From the human T2T-CHM13v2.0 reference genome, Homo sapiens: a stretch of DNA of 64,000 bases. Numbering within the stretch: the first letter of the stretch is position 1; every line of letters begins with the position of its first letter. The position numbers and the translations under genes were made by a program. The notes under the pieces are model-generated. The model searched no databases. It was not told the origin of the DNA and saw only the letters and a program-made list of their open reading frames with translations. The stretch is taken from assembly GCF_009914755.1 (NCBI RefSeq), contig NC_060932.1; one strand, given 5' to 3'. Positions 27,016 through 40,420 of this stretch are shown one piece after another.

Positions 27016-27869
27016 TCAGTTCCATCATCCACCATGCTCTCTCTCTCTATTCAGACACAAACAAGTGAGCATGGAAGAACTTCAGAAATTAAACCAGCAA
27101 GCTTGATCAAGTTGTAATTTCTCTAAACTCCACGTTGTGTTTACACTAGACTTCAGTGAGATGATTCTGCTTATAGTTAACGTAAACTGAAAACTTGTAA
27201 CCTTCCCATCACCTGAATGTGATTTTCCCTGGGGGATGGATGGAGCATGCCGTTTGTCATATAGTTCTTTCTATCTTTTCCCTGCAGTTTGAAGTTCTGT
27301 GTATGGTCTTCTTTATTTTCTAAGTGATATCATTTTGATTCTTTGTCCATCCACCCGCTACTCCCCACACCCCACTGCCATTTGGTTACTGGGAGAAAAG
27401 TATGGTTGAGCGAAGAGCCAGAGAACCAGTCTGAGGAACTGCTAAACTGGCAGGACAGCACTGAGCTGATTAGACTTAGTGACTTGCAAAATCTCACTTT
27501 TGAGAAGAATGATGTTAAGCACTTCCATTTTTGCAATTTGTTTTGGCCCAAAAGATGTGTCAATAGGTAGGTTCACCAAGTGGAAGATGTAACAGGTCGA
27601 TATTGTACAATGTAGAAGGTGGCAGCCCTCTGCTTCACTGCCAGTAGATAGCTCACAGCGGGGCTGAGGGTGGAGAGGGGGCCAAGGCTTGCTCCTACTC
27701 AGGGCCCTCCACTGCTGCAGGATGTCCTGAGACAACACCAAGGAGTATATTCCCATTGCGAGAGGAGGCCAGGAGGACCATGGTGACTGCTCTGTGATGC
27801 GTCAAGGCTGACTGGTCCTGAGCTTAAGGAATCCATACCTCCAGGTGAAACAGAACTGTGTAGTCACAC

Positions 27870-28407
27870 AGTTTAATAACCATGACTTATTTTTATATTC
27901 TGGTGATTTAACATCTGGGGCCTTGCTAACTCTGGAGGGACTGCCCCTCCCAGGCTAGCCAATTCCCAGAGAGAATGAACAACTTTCCCACAAGCACACT
28001 TTAAAAATGCAATCCAGCCAATCTGGAACCCACAGCCCAACTACCTCCTTTACTGGGCGCTCACCCTCTGGGGCACTGTTCTTCTGCACTGATTGCTCCA
28101 GAGGCAGGTACCAGACAACTAGGGACAGCCCCTATGCCCTCGAGCCTGCTGAAATCAGTCAAACTGGCCAGTCCTAAGGCTGCTTACCCCATCCCATCAG
28201 AAACCACCATAAAGACTCTGGCCCACTGTCCGCACTCCCTCTACCCCTGAACTCCCTGGTGCTTTCCTGTGTGGCCCTCTGTGCTGTGGCCTGGCCCTTC
28301 CTCTGGACACTGTGAGGAACTAGCTGTCTTTCCTATGGCAATTGTCTCTTGATCTGTTGGCTTTCTTGCACCTTGAATTTTCTATAAATACACTATATTT
28401 TAAAACC
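27870..28407 (+). mobile_element. Solo ERV1-class LTR (MER89-like)
   Basis: acatctggggccttgctaactctggagggactgcccctcccaggctagccaattc resembles the MER89 consensus as I recall it; about 540 bp; caca on both flanks. Confidence 0.6.
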
Positions 28408-28546
28408 CACAGCTAGATGGAATTGGCTTGACATAGTTTAAAAAAGTTTGTTTCCATTCCTAATTCCAAACTGGGAGACAAAGAGGATAACATCTTGATG
28501 ATCTGGCGTGCATAAGCAGAAGCTTTGAGGGACAAGTGGTACTCAC

Positions 28547-28681
28547 TTTCCAGGGGAACCCGCACTTTGTGGGGGCACCCCGAAAGGCTGCGGTGGTGCG
28601 GGTAGAGCCCTGTCACGTGTCCCGTGCCATCACATCCAGGGATCGGGCACTTGGTCTCCCTCTTTTCAGGCCTTGGTGAAT
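28547..28681 (-). CDS. ST18: ST18 exon encoding C2HC zinc finger 1 ([26 protein letters not shown]), 135 nt
   Basis: Acceptor tttctccatag|AT TCA CCA; donor CTG GAA A|gtgagt; phase 1-1; MYT1-type CPxPGCxGxGH..HRSxSGCP motif. Confidence 0.97.
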
Positions 28682-31600
28682 CTATGGAGAAATTCAATTG
28701 AGAAATGCATTTGGTTATTCTTGCTTTTCTTCCCATTCAATAGAATGGCCTTGCAGGGTGACATTCTCACTTTATTCAGTTTTACCGTTATAAACATTCT
28801 TCTCACATCGCCTTGAACAAGACCCTCAACTAAGACCTGTGGAAACGGAAAACATGTTTTCAATTTTCTTGGTTTCCTAAGTAAAGGCTGACACAGGGCA
28901 AGAGAGTGTTAAAATACAGAGATGGTTTTAAGTCGTCAAGTCACATATTGTAGTTAGAGCCTCATTATGAAAAATCAACCCTGTGCTAGGGGATGAACAG
29001 GCTCCCGAAAAGAAAAAATAGTGAGACAGAATTTATTTAAACCAAAACCATTTCTTATTGAAAGTCTAGAAAAAGCCAGACTCAAAATGACAGAAACAAA
29101 GAAACCACCATATCTGAGAAAGACCTGTCTGGCCTTGGCCCTGCAGGTCCTTGGGCTTGGTAGTGAAGAGCAGAGCCTGCTCCCTGCAGAGCAGCTGGCG
29201 GAGTTAGGACAGGGCAAGGACACTGGCTTGTGTCCTGTCTGTCCAGTGCTAGTGATTCACGGTCTCGAGATTCCAACACCCCCACGGGTTGCCACTTGGG
29301 TTCAGCATGCAGTGAGCACGGGGAAGAAGCTGCTGATCTCACTCTAAATGCAGAATCTGAAAACTGAGGCAGCAGGAAGACTTGGAAGGGAAATGTTCTT
29401 GCAGGAGACTTCCAGAAAATAGAAGTGCAAAGAGTGCAGGCCACCGAGCAGCGGTCCAGAGAGCACCCCCAGGAACACCAGTGTGGGTGGGGCCCACGGG
29501 AGCAGCCGGTCATGGTAAGGGGCACCTGCTCATGCATTTTCTGGGTGCCTGGGGAGGGTGAGGCTCCAGACAAGCTTGGGGTTTGATTTTCTGGCACACA
29601 CTTTGCCACAACTTAAAAAGTTATATAAATATATACAATAAATGAGGACCAAACATGAATACTGGTGAGCTTAGAACTAACACAGATGAGGCCTTATTCA
29701 GAAATGTTCACATTCATGACTGAGATGGCAGATAAAGGTGAAACAAAGATGCACTCTTAAAGCCCAAATTGCCCCCTAACTTGTGCTGGGAATAACACCA
29801 ACCATGGGGAGAGCCTGTCCCACGGCACTTGGGGCACGGAGAAGAAAGAGCATGAGAAGATGCACAGGAGCCCTCAGAGAGGGGCAATGCAGGAGGACAG
29901 GAGGCTATCGGGGTCTGCAACATGAGGCCTCAGGAATAATGAGCACACTAGATGCTGATAGTGGAAACAGGCAGTGTGGTCCTGCCCGAGAAGATGCTGA
30001 CGTTGGAACATGGGGCCTGCGTGCGAGGGTGCGGAGCCTCGTGTGCTCCTGTGCAACGGGGCACGAAGTCTGGCCACTGTCACGGGATGCGACAGACATT
30101 TCCGGGGTGCTGTATTGTGAGAGCAGACGTGCCTCTGCCATACCATGGCACCCCAGTTGCTGGATGATAAACAGTCCTAGGCAGATGGGGCACAGCAGGT
30201 TGTATGTAATGCAATTATATGGGGGCATGGATTCAGCAGAAGCGGAAGAGCCAAGGATCCTTCGAGTCGTTCTGCGCTGAGGGTCAGGGAGGTCAGGAGA
30301 CAAGGCAGGAAGTCTTAAATGAGCAACGAACGGCCAGATGATGGGGCTGCGGCCAGCAGCAGGCATTTACATTAGGAAAGATAGGACCTAAATGTGCCCG
30401 TGTCGATACTATTCTCTCTGCATTTCGTAATAGACAAATTAAGAGTTTTGTGATGCTCCATGATTTGTGGATATATGTTTTATTTAATCCAAAAATAGTG
30501 CCAAATTTCAAGTTGATGTGAAATCTGTAGACCACTAGGTCCAAATTCTTAAAGTCTGATTAGGGGAACTGAGGGGAGCTGACACCATAGGAGAGTAAGT
30601 TAGAAAAAAAGGAGAAGAGCAATAATGTGTATTTCGATGCCCTTCCTCTCTTGGACCTTGCCCAGGTAAGGTCACGTTTCTAAACGACATTGAAAGGATT
30701 GGCGTCGCACACTTCCCCTCCTCGCCACACTGTTTGTCTGCAGGAAGCCCGAGAGGGTGCTAGAGATAAGGCAGCCTGGCTCCTGCCCAAGTGCAGCCCA
30801 CTGACAGTCCACCGTGCCCCTTTGTCTGTAAGTCCCTCCTCTGCTGGGTGAAACAAAGATGCAGGGAAATGCTCTGGAGAGCAGAACCTGTTTGCATGAT
30901 AAGAAGCCAGAGCTTGAGCCTGGGGCGACTCTCAGGCTTGGCTCTTCCTCTATTTTCTTTGTACAATGTTGCATAATGAGGGTGACCTTATACTCTGGTG
31001 ATGTTACACCTTGGTTTTCCTGGGACTGTCCTCATCCACACCTGATGTACTCATGTAATGGTTCATAGTGTTCCCCTTTTCATAGGCAGGACAGTCAATG
31101 ACAGGGCGACTGTACTTACATTGCAACCTAAATCTCACTAAATGCTTAGTGGCAAGAGTCTAACCAAACTAATTTTAGAATTGCTGACTCATCTGAAAGC
31201 TGGGGTAAAATGAGATTTTAAAACTCTTGAGTTTTCTCCTTAACAGTGAAGTTGCATGGTCAAGGTGTTGTCTGGGAGGTTAGGTTGGTATTTTGGAGAA
31301 TATGGCTGTCAGTTGGGATAAGCATTGACTTAACAGCATGGAGTGCATGTCAGAGAGAAAAAACATCCTTCTTGTGCCATTGGATCCCACATCGGGAACA
31401 AGGAATAGGAAAGGGAATACTCAGTTTGCAGGCCTCCTCTAGACTAAGCCTGTGGCTCTTCTTCAATGTGGGCTTCACCTTCTTCACCTGTTTTGCTGAC
31501 TAGCCTGCCTGGTCTTGATCTTGCAGAGGCTGCCCCCATGCCTCAGGCACTAGGATATACCGCTGAGTCATCCAGCCCTAGTAGGAATTCGGTAAGCCTC

Positions 31601-31896
31601 CAATTGGCCCAAATGTTTACAAACACAGATTATATGTCCTGAATTTTTGAAAACAAAAAAAAAGAAGTTTCAAAAGCTCTATAAAATTATTCTAAGGATC
31701 ATCAAATACTTTAAGATGTGGCTCAAATAATTAAGTTTCTGTAAATACTAGGTTTCATTGCCTGTAAGGTATCATCAATTGTTTAACAAAACAAAAGAAA
31801 TCATCATTTTGTGTGCTACTTAGAAAGAAAAAAATGATTGGTAATTAAACTATCGCATACTCTTCTGAGTTCAGAGATGATAAAATGGAAAAATGA

Positions 31897-32149
31897 TCAC
31901 ACCTGTAATCCCAGCACTTTGGGAGGCCGAGGCGGATGGATCATGTTCCAGACCAGCCCGGCCAACACGGGGAAACCCCGTCTCTACTGAAAATACAAAA
32001 ATTAGCTGGTTGTGGTGGTGAGCACCTGTAATCCTAGCTACTCGGGAGGCTGAGGCAGGAGAATGGAACCTGGGAGGCAGAGCTTGCAGTGAGCCGACAC
32101 GGCGCCACTGCACTCCAGCCTGGGCAACAGAGCAAAACTCAAAAATCAA

Positions 32150-32196
<47 letters not shown>
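31897..32196 (+). mobile_element. 5'-truncated, internally deleted Alu with (TAAA)n tail
   Basis: Starts at cacacctgtaatccc; target-site duplication aaaatgga(a/g)aaatgat; (TAAA)n at about 32148-32196. Confidence 0.93.
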
Positions 32197-33490
32197 AAAT
32201 GGAGAAATGATATCTCTTAAGATCAATAATATATAGTATATCAGAAATTGTGGATTTCGGGAATTTTGAGTAAATTTCATTTTTTTTTCTGATTTTGTAG
32301 TTTACTTAAAAAGTTAAATACAATAAGTTGCACATTAGTGGGAGTGCACAGAGCTAGATACAGTGTCCTGCCCTGAACCACAGGCTAGTCATTAATATTC
32401 TGTTCCCACTCCAACCCTTGCAGGATGTTTGCATGGCATTATCTTGCTCCTCACTACATGACACCGTTTTATCCTTTTTTGTTTTCTCAGCTCTGAGATG
32501 CAAGACATTATTTGTCAAGATTGCAGGTGAGTGCTAAAATGGATTTAAAATGACAAAATATATAATTTGTTTCTGGATAACTCTCAGCAATCAGAACTTC
32601 TCAACCACACTAACATGTTATTCTTGTAAGCTCCTTGGGTCCACTGCCCTGATTTTTTCTAAGGTACTCCTCTCCCTAATTTTGTGGCTCTCGGGTTTCA
32701 GAGATACCAAGAATCACCTGGAAACTTAGAGAAAAAAATGCAAATGCTGGAGAACTGATGATGATGGGATCTGAAAATACTCATCTTAAACAAGCATTCT
32801 AGGCACTAAGGACTGCTCTTGGGAAGCTCCATAAAACTGCTAGAAATAGCATGAGGCTCATCTGGTGCAAGACTCCGGGGAGAAAGAGCAGGGGGAATGC
32901 TCCAGGGAAGCAGGAACACACTTTTCTCAAGGTCTGAAGAACAATTCTAAAGCCTCCTCAAAGCACACCTACTCTCTCATTCAAATTTGTCCCAGAGATG
33001 TATGAGCCCCGAGTTAGAAAGCCAGTGAAAGCGTAGGCTCATAAACGCATTAACATCTAGGTTTATCCCAAAAAGGACCAGAGCATCCTGCCTGGCTAGC
33101 AAGTTAGATAATCCAAGAATGAGGGTGGGAAAGAAAAATTAAGTTTCTGGAAGATTTAAGATCCAGTAAATACTGATGTACTTCCAATAATGTCAAATAA
33201 AGTTATTTCTAAAGGTATGATGCATTTATAAAAAACAGTTAAATTAAGAGAAATAGATTCAATGAACCTTTTTTCATGTGTGAAAATAGTCCAAAATTAA
33301 CACAGCTTGATTGGAGGATAATCTAGAGAGTGGGGGAAAAGAAAGAAATTGTTTATTTTATAATTATAAATTGATTTTTAAGTTGCATTAAACTGTTAAA
33401 AAGCTACCTGAAAAAAATAATCAAATCTGACTTTTTTTTCAAACCCTAATGCACTTTTATTCCTAAAATAAATGCAAAAATGTGTCTTAC

Positions 33491-34282
33491 GTTTATTGTT
33501 AAAGATTTGTCTTCCACCCATGTCGATAACTTTGGTTTGCCTCCTTTCCCCTGCTAGGTGCTCCAGCAGGAACCTATCCAGCTCTTTGTAGGTGTTATGG
33601 AAAACACAACCTCGCTCAGCCTGCAGAGCAATTGCCTGCTCCAGCAAACTTAAATTCCCCTTGGCCTTTTCCAGGTCACTACCCTCTTCCGTCATTACTG
33701 CCAGGCTCTCGCTATCTTCCTCCTCAACGTCAGGGAATGAGGGCTGGGCATTGCCATCCAGGGGTTCTGCGAGAGCATTCTGCGGGTCTTTCCTTTCTGT
33801 TTCAGAATCACACCTGTTCTCACAAGGGATAAATTTGTCACCTTCAGTTTTTATTTCAGGAACTTCCAATAGGTCTTTTTTATGATCTGTTAAAACATAC
33901 TTTGGGACTCTAGGTGGTTTGGTTTCTTCTGAGAAGTTGGAGCCACTGTCCCAGCCATTTTCTGCACTTTCAGAGTTACTTTCATTGTCATCAGAGGAGC
34001 AGAAGGGTGGCTGAGAATCATCAATCTTGTCTCTTCCATCATCAGAATGAATCAGAAAGCACTCGTCTGCTTCATCGCTCTCTGCTTTTAAAGACTGGAT
34101 GCCACTGTCATTTAAATTTTCACTTACAGTCTGAACAGATACATTTTTTTCAAATTTCCCCAAGTGCATTAAAGACTTGACCATGAGCTCTTGATAACAA
34201 GAGTATCTGTCTTCCTTCCTACTGGAGTTTTCTTGTGCAGTTGAAAGAAGACTTTCATCCATAGGTTTTATCATGATTTCCT
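33491..34282 (-). CDS. ST18: ST18 large acidic exon, 792 nt (E)EIMIKPMDES...GNLSLLEQAIALQAERG...GRQIFNNK(H)
   Basis: Acceptor tttttccatag|AG GAA ATC ATG; donor AAT AAA C|gtaaga; phase 1-1; core of the 308-aa ORF 33396..34322. Confidence 0.96.
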
Positions 34283-37199
34283 CTATGGAAAAAGAAAACC
34301 AATATTTGAAGAGCAAGAACAAAAAATATTTTAGGAAAATTGCAACAAGTTATATGTATATAAACATATGCATTCACATACATAGGTACATACACATACA
34401 TATATGTACACATATACATACATAATATGTGTAATATATCATCTCTATTAATTTTATAAACATTGGTGAGAAAAACATATATCCTCTTAAGAGAAAACTT
34501 AGACCTTAATAGTCTAAGAACTGTGTTAAAAGAAATGAGCTATTATAATTTCCAACATGTTAAGAGGTAAGTACTTCTGGGGTATTGACCAAGACAAGAA
34601 GTAGATACTTAACAATAATAGTATTTGCTGAATGTGAAATTATTGTTACTGTACTTCTTAGGTTCCTAACTCTTAGCCAACCAGAAGAAAATCAAATATA
34701 TATAATAGTATACATTGTAAAGGAGATATTAATGAGTTTCTCTGTTAGCATGGCAATGTATTTTCAAAGCCATTTGGTTTCAGATTTTATGGAATGTTAG
34801 CTTTCCATACTTTCAGATTTTATGGAATGTTAGCTAAGATACAAAATACATCTTTCTGAGGCTTTCAAGACTTCCTGTTTACCTTTGTAATTGTCACCCT
34901 AAAATTCCATATTGAAGGAAACACAAACAGGGAAATTAGCATGATCAAATCATATCTTGAATAGTAACACATTTTCTGGTCCATTACTTGCATGCACTTG
35001 TGTAACAAGGAAATGAGACAAGGTGGGGCATTGGAGGGTGCTGAATGGCAACTAGCTGTTTTCAGTACAAGGCTACTTTGGGTCCTGAACGTGAAGGCAC
35101 CCCGTGAGGAGCCCCCAGTGCCTGTCTGTCCAGGGTCCAGGACAGTCTATGGGGTGGCTGTTGTCCCAGGCAGCCATTGTTGTCAGTGTCACCCCCTCTT
35201 GCTCTGGGAGTGGCCAGGTTGGGGTGACAGAGTGTATAGACAACAATGAGCCTACCCAAGCCTGTCCCAGTGCAAGACACAGCAAGTGAGGGTGGATTCA
35301 CAGGTGACTCCAGCCCAGGCCCAGGCACGTGGGGTGTGCCCAGCTCACACCAGGCTGTGAAGTGCCTGCAACAGTGCCCAGACATCCAAAAAATAGGAGG
35401 ACTGTTTCTGTGTCTCAAAAGCAGGGTGGGGGGATGGGAAGCACCCAGTAATATGCCCCATTCAAGACTGTTAAAGACACCAAGAGCAGTGCATTCTGTG
35501 CTAATAAACATCTTTGGAGGGAAGAAAAGCACAGCCATCCGGTGTGAGCACTGAGGGAGAGAGTGTCTGTGCGGAAGACAATGTGTCTTTTTGGTCTCAT
35601 TTAATTTTTTATAAACATTGTCTCTGACAAGGACACTCAAAAATACATCTCCATCATCTTCCTTTCTGGTAATTATCTCCCTAAATCAACAGTGGACTGC
35701 CAGGATCAAGTAAATATTGCCATAGTAACTAAAAGCATTTTTGGATGAAGGGAAGAATTCAGTCACAACACTAGCCCCTGTAAATAATGCTGATTATAGG
35801 GTGCAGTCTTTTGTTGGGATCTATTCAACATAAACTGAAAAATTTAACATTTTAGTTCCTAGAAAAGAGGCTGGATAAACAGGCACATAATATTTGATAG
35901 GATAGCCTATCCTCTCCTGAATTCATATCAGAGGAACTCCAGGTTTAAATAATATATTAAACATAGTCTAAAATGCAAATGAAGTTTTTCTCAATATCAC
36001 AGTTGGCTATTAAGAGAAAGTGTAAAGGGTTATGATAATTTTAAAGTATTATGAACTACAGAAAACAAATAAAAAGCATTTTCAGTGAATATGCTCAATT
36101 CATTGAACTATTCTCTCACTCCACTTAACTACCCACATGTGTACGATAATGATTTATAGACATTATACCTAATTATGCATATTTGGGCTGTGTTAGAGTG
36201 CTAACAAAAGCTCTAGAAAGCAACAATTACCTCTGTTGCTTAGCTACATAGTTTAAAATATTCCTATTAAGTGCAGATCACCAGAGAGGCGGGAGTGACA
36301 AAAATGCACATGTGCACGACAATGCATTTCACTGTGCTGCTGCCAACTGCTCGCATTTTGGGTCATTTCCAGTTTACATAATTGTTTGGTTCAACTGTTT
36401 GTTATATGCTAAAAGAAAATATTTATTAATTATTCCTCAGAAAAAGAGGAGCCCCACTGACAGAGGTGCCTGCACAGCACACGCGGGTTTCTAGGGATGT
36501 TCTGCAAATCTGCAAACCAACTTTCCACATTCCACCCCCCTCCCAGGCTTTCACTGGAGTCATAAGAAAAAAAGTTGGGTTTGCTTTGGAAGCTGAGAGA
36601 TCTGTGATGGGGTGCTTGTTTCTCCCAGCTTTGCAATGGGTTGCCTTCATTTTCTCAGGCTGTGTGTGTTTATTTTCTCTGGGGGCCTGGTGGTTTATTT
36701 TGTGCCTCTGCCACTGAACTGACCTAAAAAGCCCTGTTGTTAGCATCAGGTGGACCTAAGCTTGAGTTCTGATCCTGGCGGCCTCTCTTGCAAGCTCGGT
36801 GGGGCTGCGTCACCTGCCTGAGCTTGGCACCACCGTAGGCACATTGAGGACAATAGTTATCACCCTGTGTACCCTGTGGAGGCCACACGGGAATACCCAA
36901 TAGGTATCCAGTCAAGGGTGGCTCTCTTGCCCCTGCCCCAGCTACTATTTTAGAAGGTAGTCGTGGCAGGGATTCTATGCAACCTTTATCATAAATAAGA
37001 TGGGCTTAGTTTTTTACCTAGGATAATTACTAACATTGACCCCCAAGGACGGGCAGGGTCCCACTATTGAGAAGGCTCAACTCAGTTCATCCCCACTCCC
37101 AGCACACTATGCCATGTTCACCAACTGCCTTTGGAAACTATGAGTGAGTGCACGATATGCGATGTGGAGGAAGAAACCTCTAGGGGTATAAGGTGGTGT

Positions 37200-37500
37200 G
37201 GCTGGCCTGGCACTACCTGCTGTGTGACCTTGGACAGGCCCTTGGTTGCCTGAGACTGGGTCCTCATCTTCAAAACAAGGAAGATCCAATGATGTGATGA
37301 CTGGATGGATAGTTCAAGGATCCCTCCTAGGACAACAAACTGTTTGTTCCTGGCATGGTGTTCAGCTGTTTATTTCATTTAATTGTCACAATAAGCACAA
37401 GAAAGGCATTTTCTACTCCAGTTCACAGAAGGGAAACTACAATTCTACAGAGGGCCAGGCTTGCTCGAGACCACATGCCCAGCCAGTGCAAGACTGAGAC
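37200..37500. mobile_element. MIR fragments in both orientations
   Basis: ctgtgtgaccttggacagg..tcctcatctt (+) and tttcatttaattgtcacaataa..cagaagggaaact (-). Confidence 0.6.
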
Positions 37501-37726
37501 ACAGGACCAGGGCTGCGTGGCTCCCACTCCATGCTCTGCCCTCTGAAACATACTACTCCAGGTCCCACAGCCATGGAAGGCTGTATGTCCTGGCTGGTGT
37601 TTTGGAAACACAGCGACCCTTAGGAGAAACAGCTAAGAACACTAGTAGCTCATTATTTTCTCAAGTTCGGATATTTTCAAGAGTGAATTTATATGAAGTT
37701 ACTAGAATGCAATTGTCAGCTAACTC

Positions 37727-38020
<294 letters not shown>

Positions 38021-40044
38021 AATTGTCAGGTAACTTTCAATGAGAAGAAAGGTGATGATCAATTATAAATAAAATAAACAACATGACCAAACAAAAACTA
38101 AAAGTGTTCCAACCTCAACTTTCTTAACAACAAAACTCTAATAGGTCAAAAAATGTCTAGGGTCAGCTCTTGGGAGGGCATAACCAGAGGGTTACAGCCA
38201 GCCAGTGAGCAGACTGTTCGCTGGTCCAGGCCTTTCTCCATCCGGAGCACATTCACAGTGTGGGGAGGGAGCAGCGGCTGGAGCTGGGATGATTTCTAGA
38301 GTAAAAAGTAAATGTTTCTGCCTGATACATACAAGTTCACAGTTATTTATTTACGTTAAACCAAGACCTCTACTCAGAGTTTTCTGGTAATCCTACAGAT
38401 ACATACTAATGAATCCCGGCATAGATGTTGGCTGTTCTGCAAAGATACAACTTTAAAACATCCTCTGAAAGTCACAACATATTTTGAGTTTGTCTCCTTT
38501 AGTAACACTGGATGTTATTATAATTGGATTTCAGTTCTGTTTCTGTAACTAGCTAGGTTACTTTTATAGGTAAATTGGTTTTCCAGGCCTCTTGAATATG
38601 TACATTTTGCTGGGAATAAAAGCCTTGGAAAAATGAATTCATCTTTCAAAGTTCCGAAAGCAGAGTGGTTTATCCCTTATTTGCTATTAGTTGAAAGATA
38701 ATGTGTTAAAAGTGTCCTCCCAGCCCCTAGAACTTCTATGACTGTGACATATTTCCCCATGAGCTTGTGGTTACGCTGCTGGGGACCCCACACCTGGGCT
38801 TGGTTAATCTTCCTTCCGGAGACTTTCATTCTCCCTGCCTGTGTCAGGAAAGCCTGTGCTTATCACTCTTCCTCCCTTCTGGTAGTACTTTGCAAGCTCG
38901 TCTCCTCAGGAAGGAAGAGGTAACTGCATGGTTTGTCCATGTTCTCTTCTATCCCCTTAACGGCAACCTGTATCTTTTTGAAAGACAGCAGGTTGAGGAT
39001 ATGGATGAAGTCTGTGCCATAAAGCGGAATAAAACTTTAGCATTCAAGCTCCTGACCTCAGTCTCTTCCTGAGCACTATCCCTTCTCTCATCATCTGAGC
39101 TTCCCAGCTGCAGATGATATAATTGGGCACACACCTGGCCAGGTAAATACCCTGGGGTAACCAGAGTACATGAGAGGCTAGATGAAAAGCCCTATGCTGA
39201 CTTGGGCACTAACTCAGTGCTCTTTCCTCCTAGGGGGTGGGGGGTAACTTGTTCAGAGGGCTGAAGGCAACTTAGAATCTTTGTTCTTTTGACCAGGCAT
39301 GGGGCCTGCCATTACTGGAAACTGTGACTTCATGATTTGACATTGTAGGAACTTTGACCATTCTGCATTCTGAAGGTAGTCAGTGTGTGAGGACAACTGA
39401 ATTACAGAGCATAGTTAGTTGGGAAATAATTATTTTGCTTGTCCTTCCAATTGTTTCCTAATTATCTTCCTTCTAACACCTATAAGATCCATTACCTTCA
39501 GCGTCAAATCTCTTTGGTCCCCAATGATTTCATCTGTAAAACTGTGCCCATAATCACACACACTCGTGGCATTATGTGGATTAATCGATATCATTTACGT
39601 GTCTGGAATATATTAAGAACTCAAAAACAATGGTCACCACTGCTGTAATTTTAGCATATTCATTATTATTATTAGTGGTTCTAATATGAAATATAAACAT
39701 AGTTAGCCTATTTTTGTGAACCTGCAAATAGATGTCCATCAGTGCTTGTAACTGTGTGTTTAACTGGAGGACATCTGGACAATATATTCACTTGGTTCAT
39801 ATCAAACATGTACAGTGGTCAACAAACTACAATAGAAGGTGACAAGTCAGTGAGCCAGATATAGTCTGTCTTCACAACACTTAAAAGAATGTGCTGATGC
39901 AAACGCACACACATTTTCTTAAACACTTGGCAAATTAATGTTAGCTAGATGGATTATACTGCAAGTCTAACCACAAATGATTCAAAGACTTTCCCTAATA
40001 CTAGATTCAACTTGCAAATTTTCATGAATCAACAAATAAAACGG

Positions 40045-40420
<376 letters not shown>

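Noticed and set aside
29082-30366. Overlapping 150-175 aa ORFs
   Set aside because: No domain or consistent strand; explained by local GC richness.
33396-34322. 308-aa ORF as a standalone gene
   Set aside because: It is the 792-nt ST18 exon plus intronic read-through at both ends; canonical splice sites lie inside it.
34992-35640. 192-aa minus-strand ORF and overlapping ORFs
   Set aside because: Not needed for the ST18 frame, since the flanking exons join in phase; no recognisable homology.
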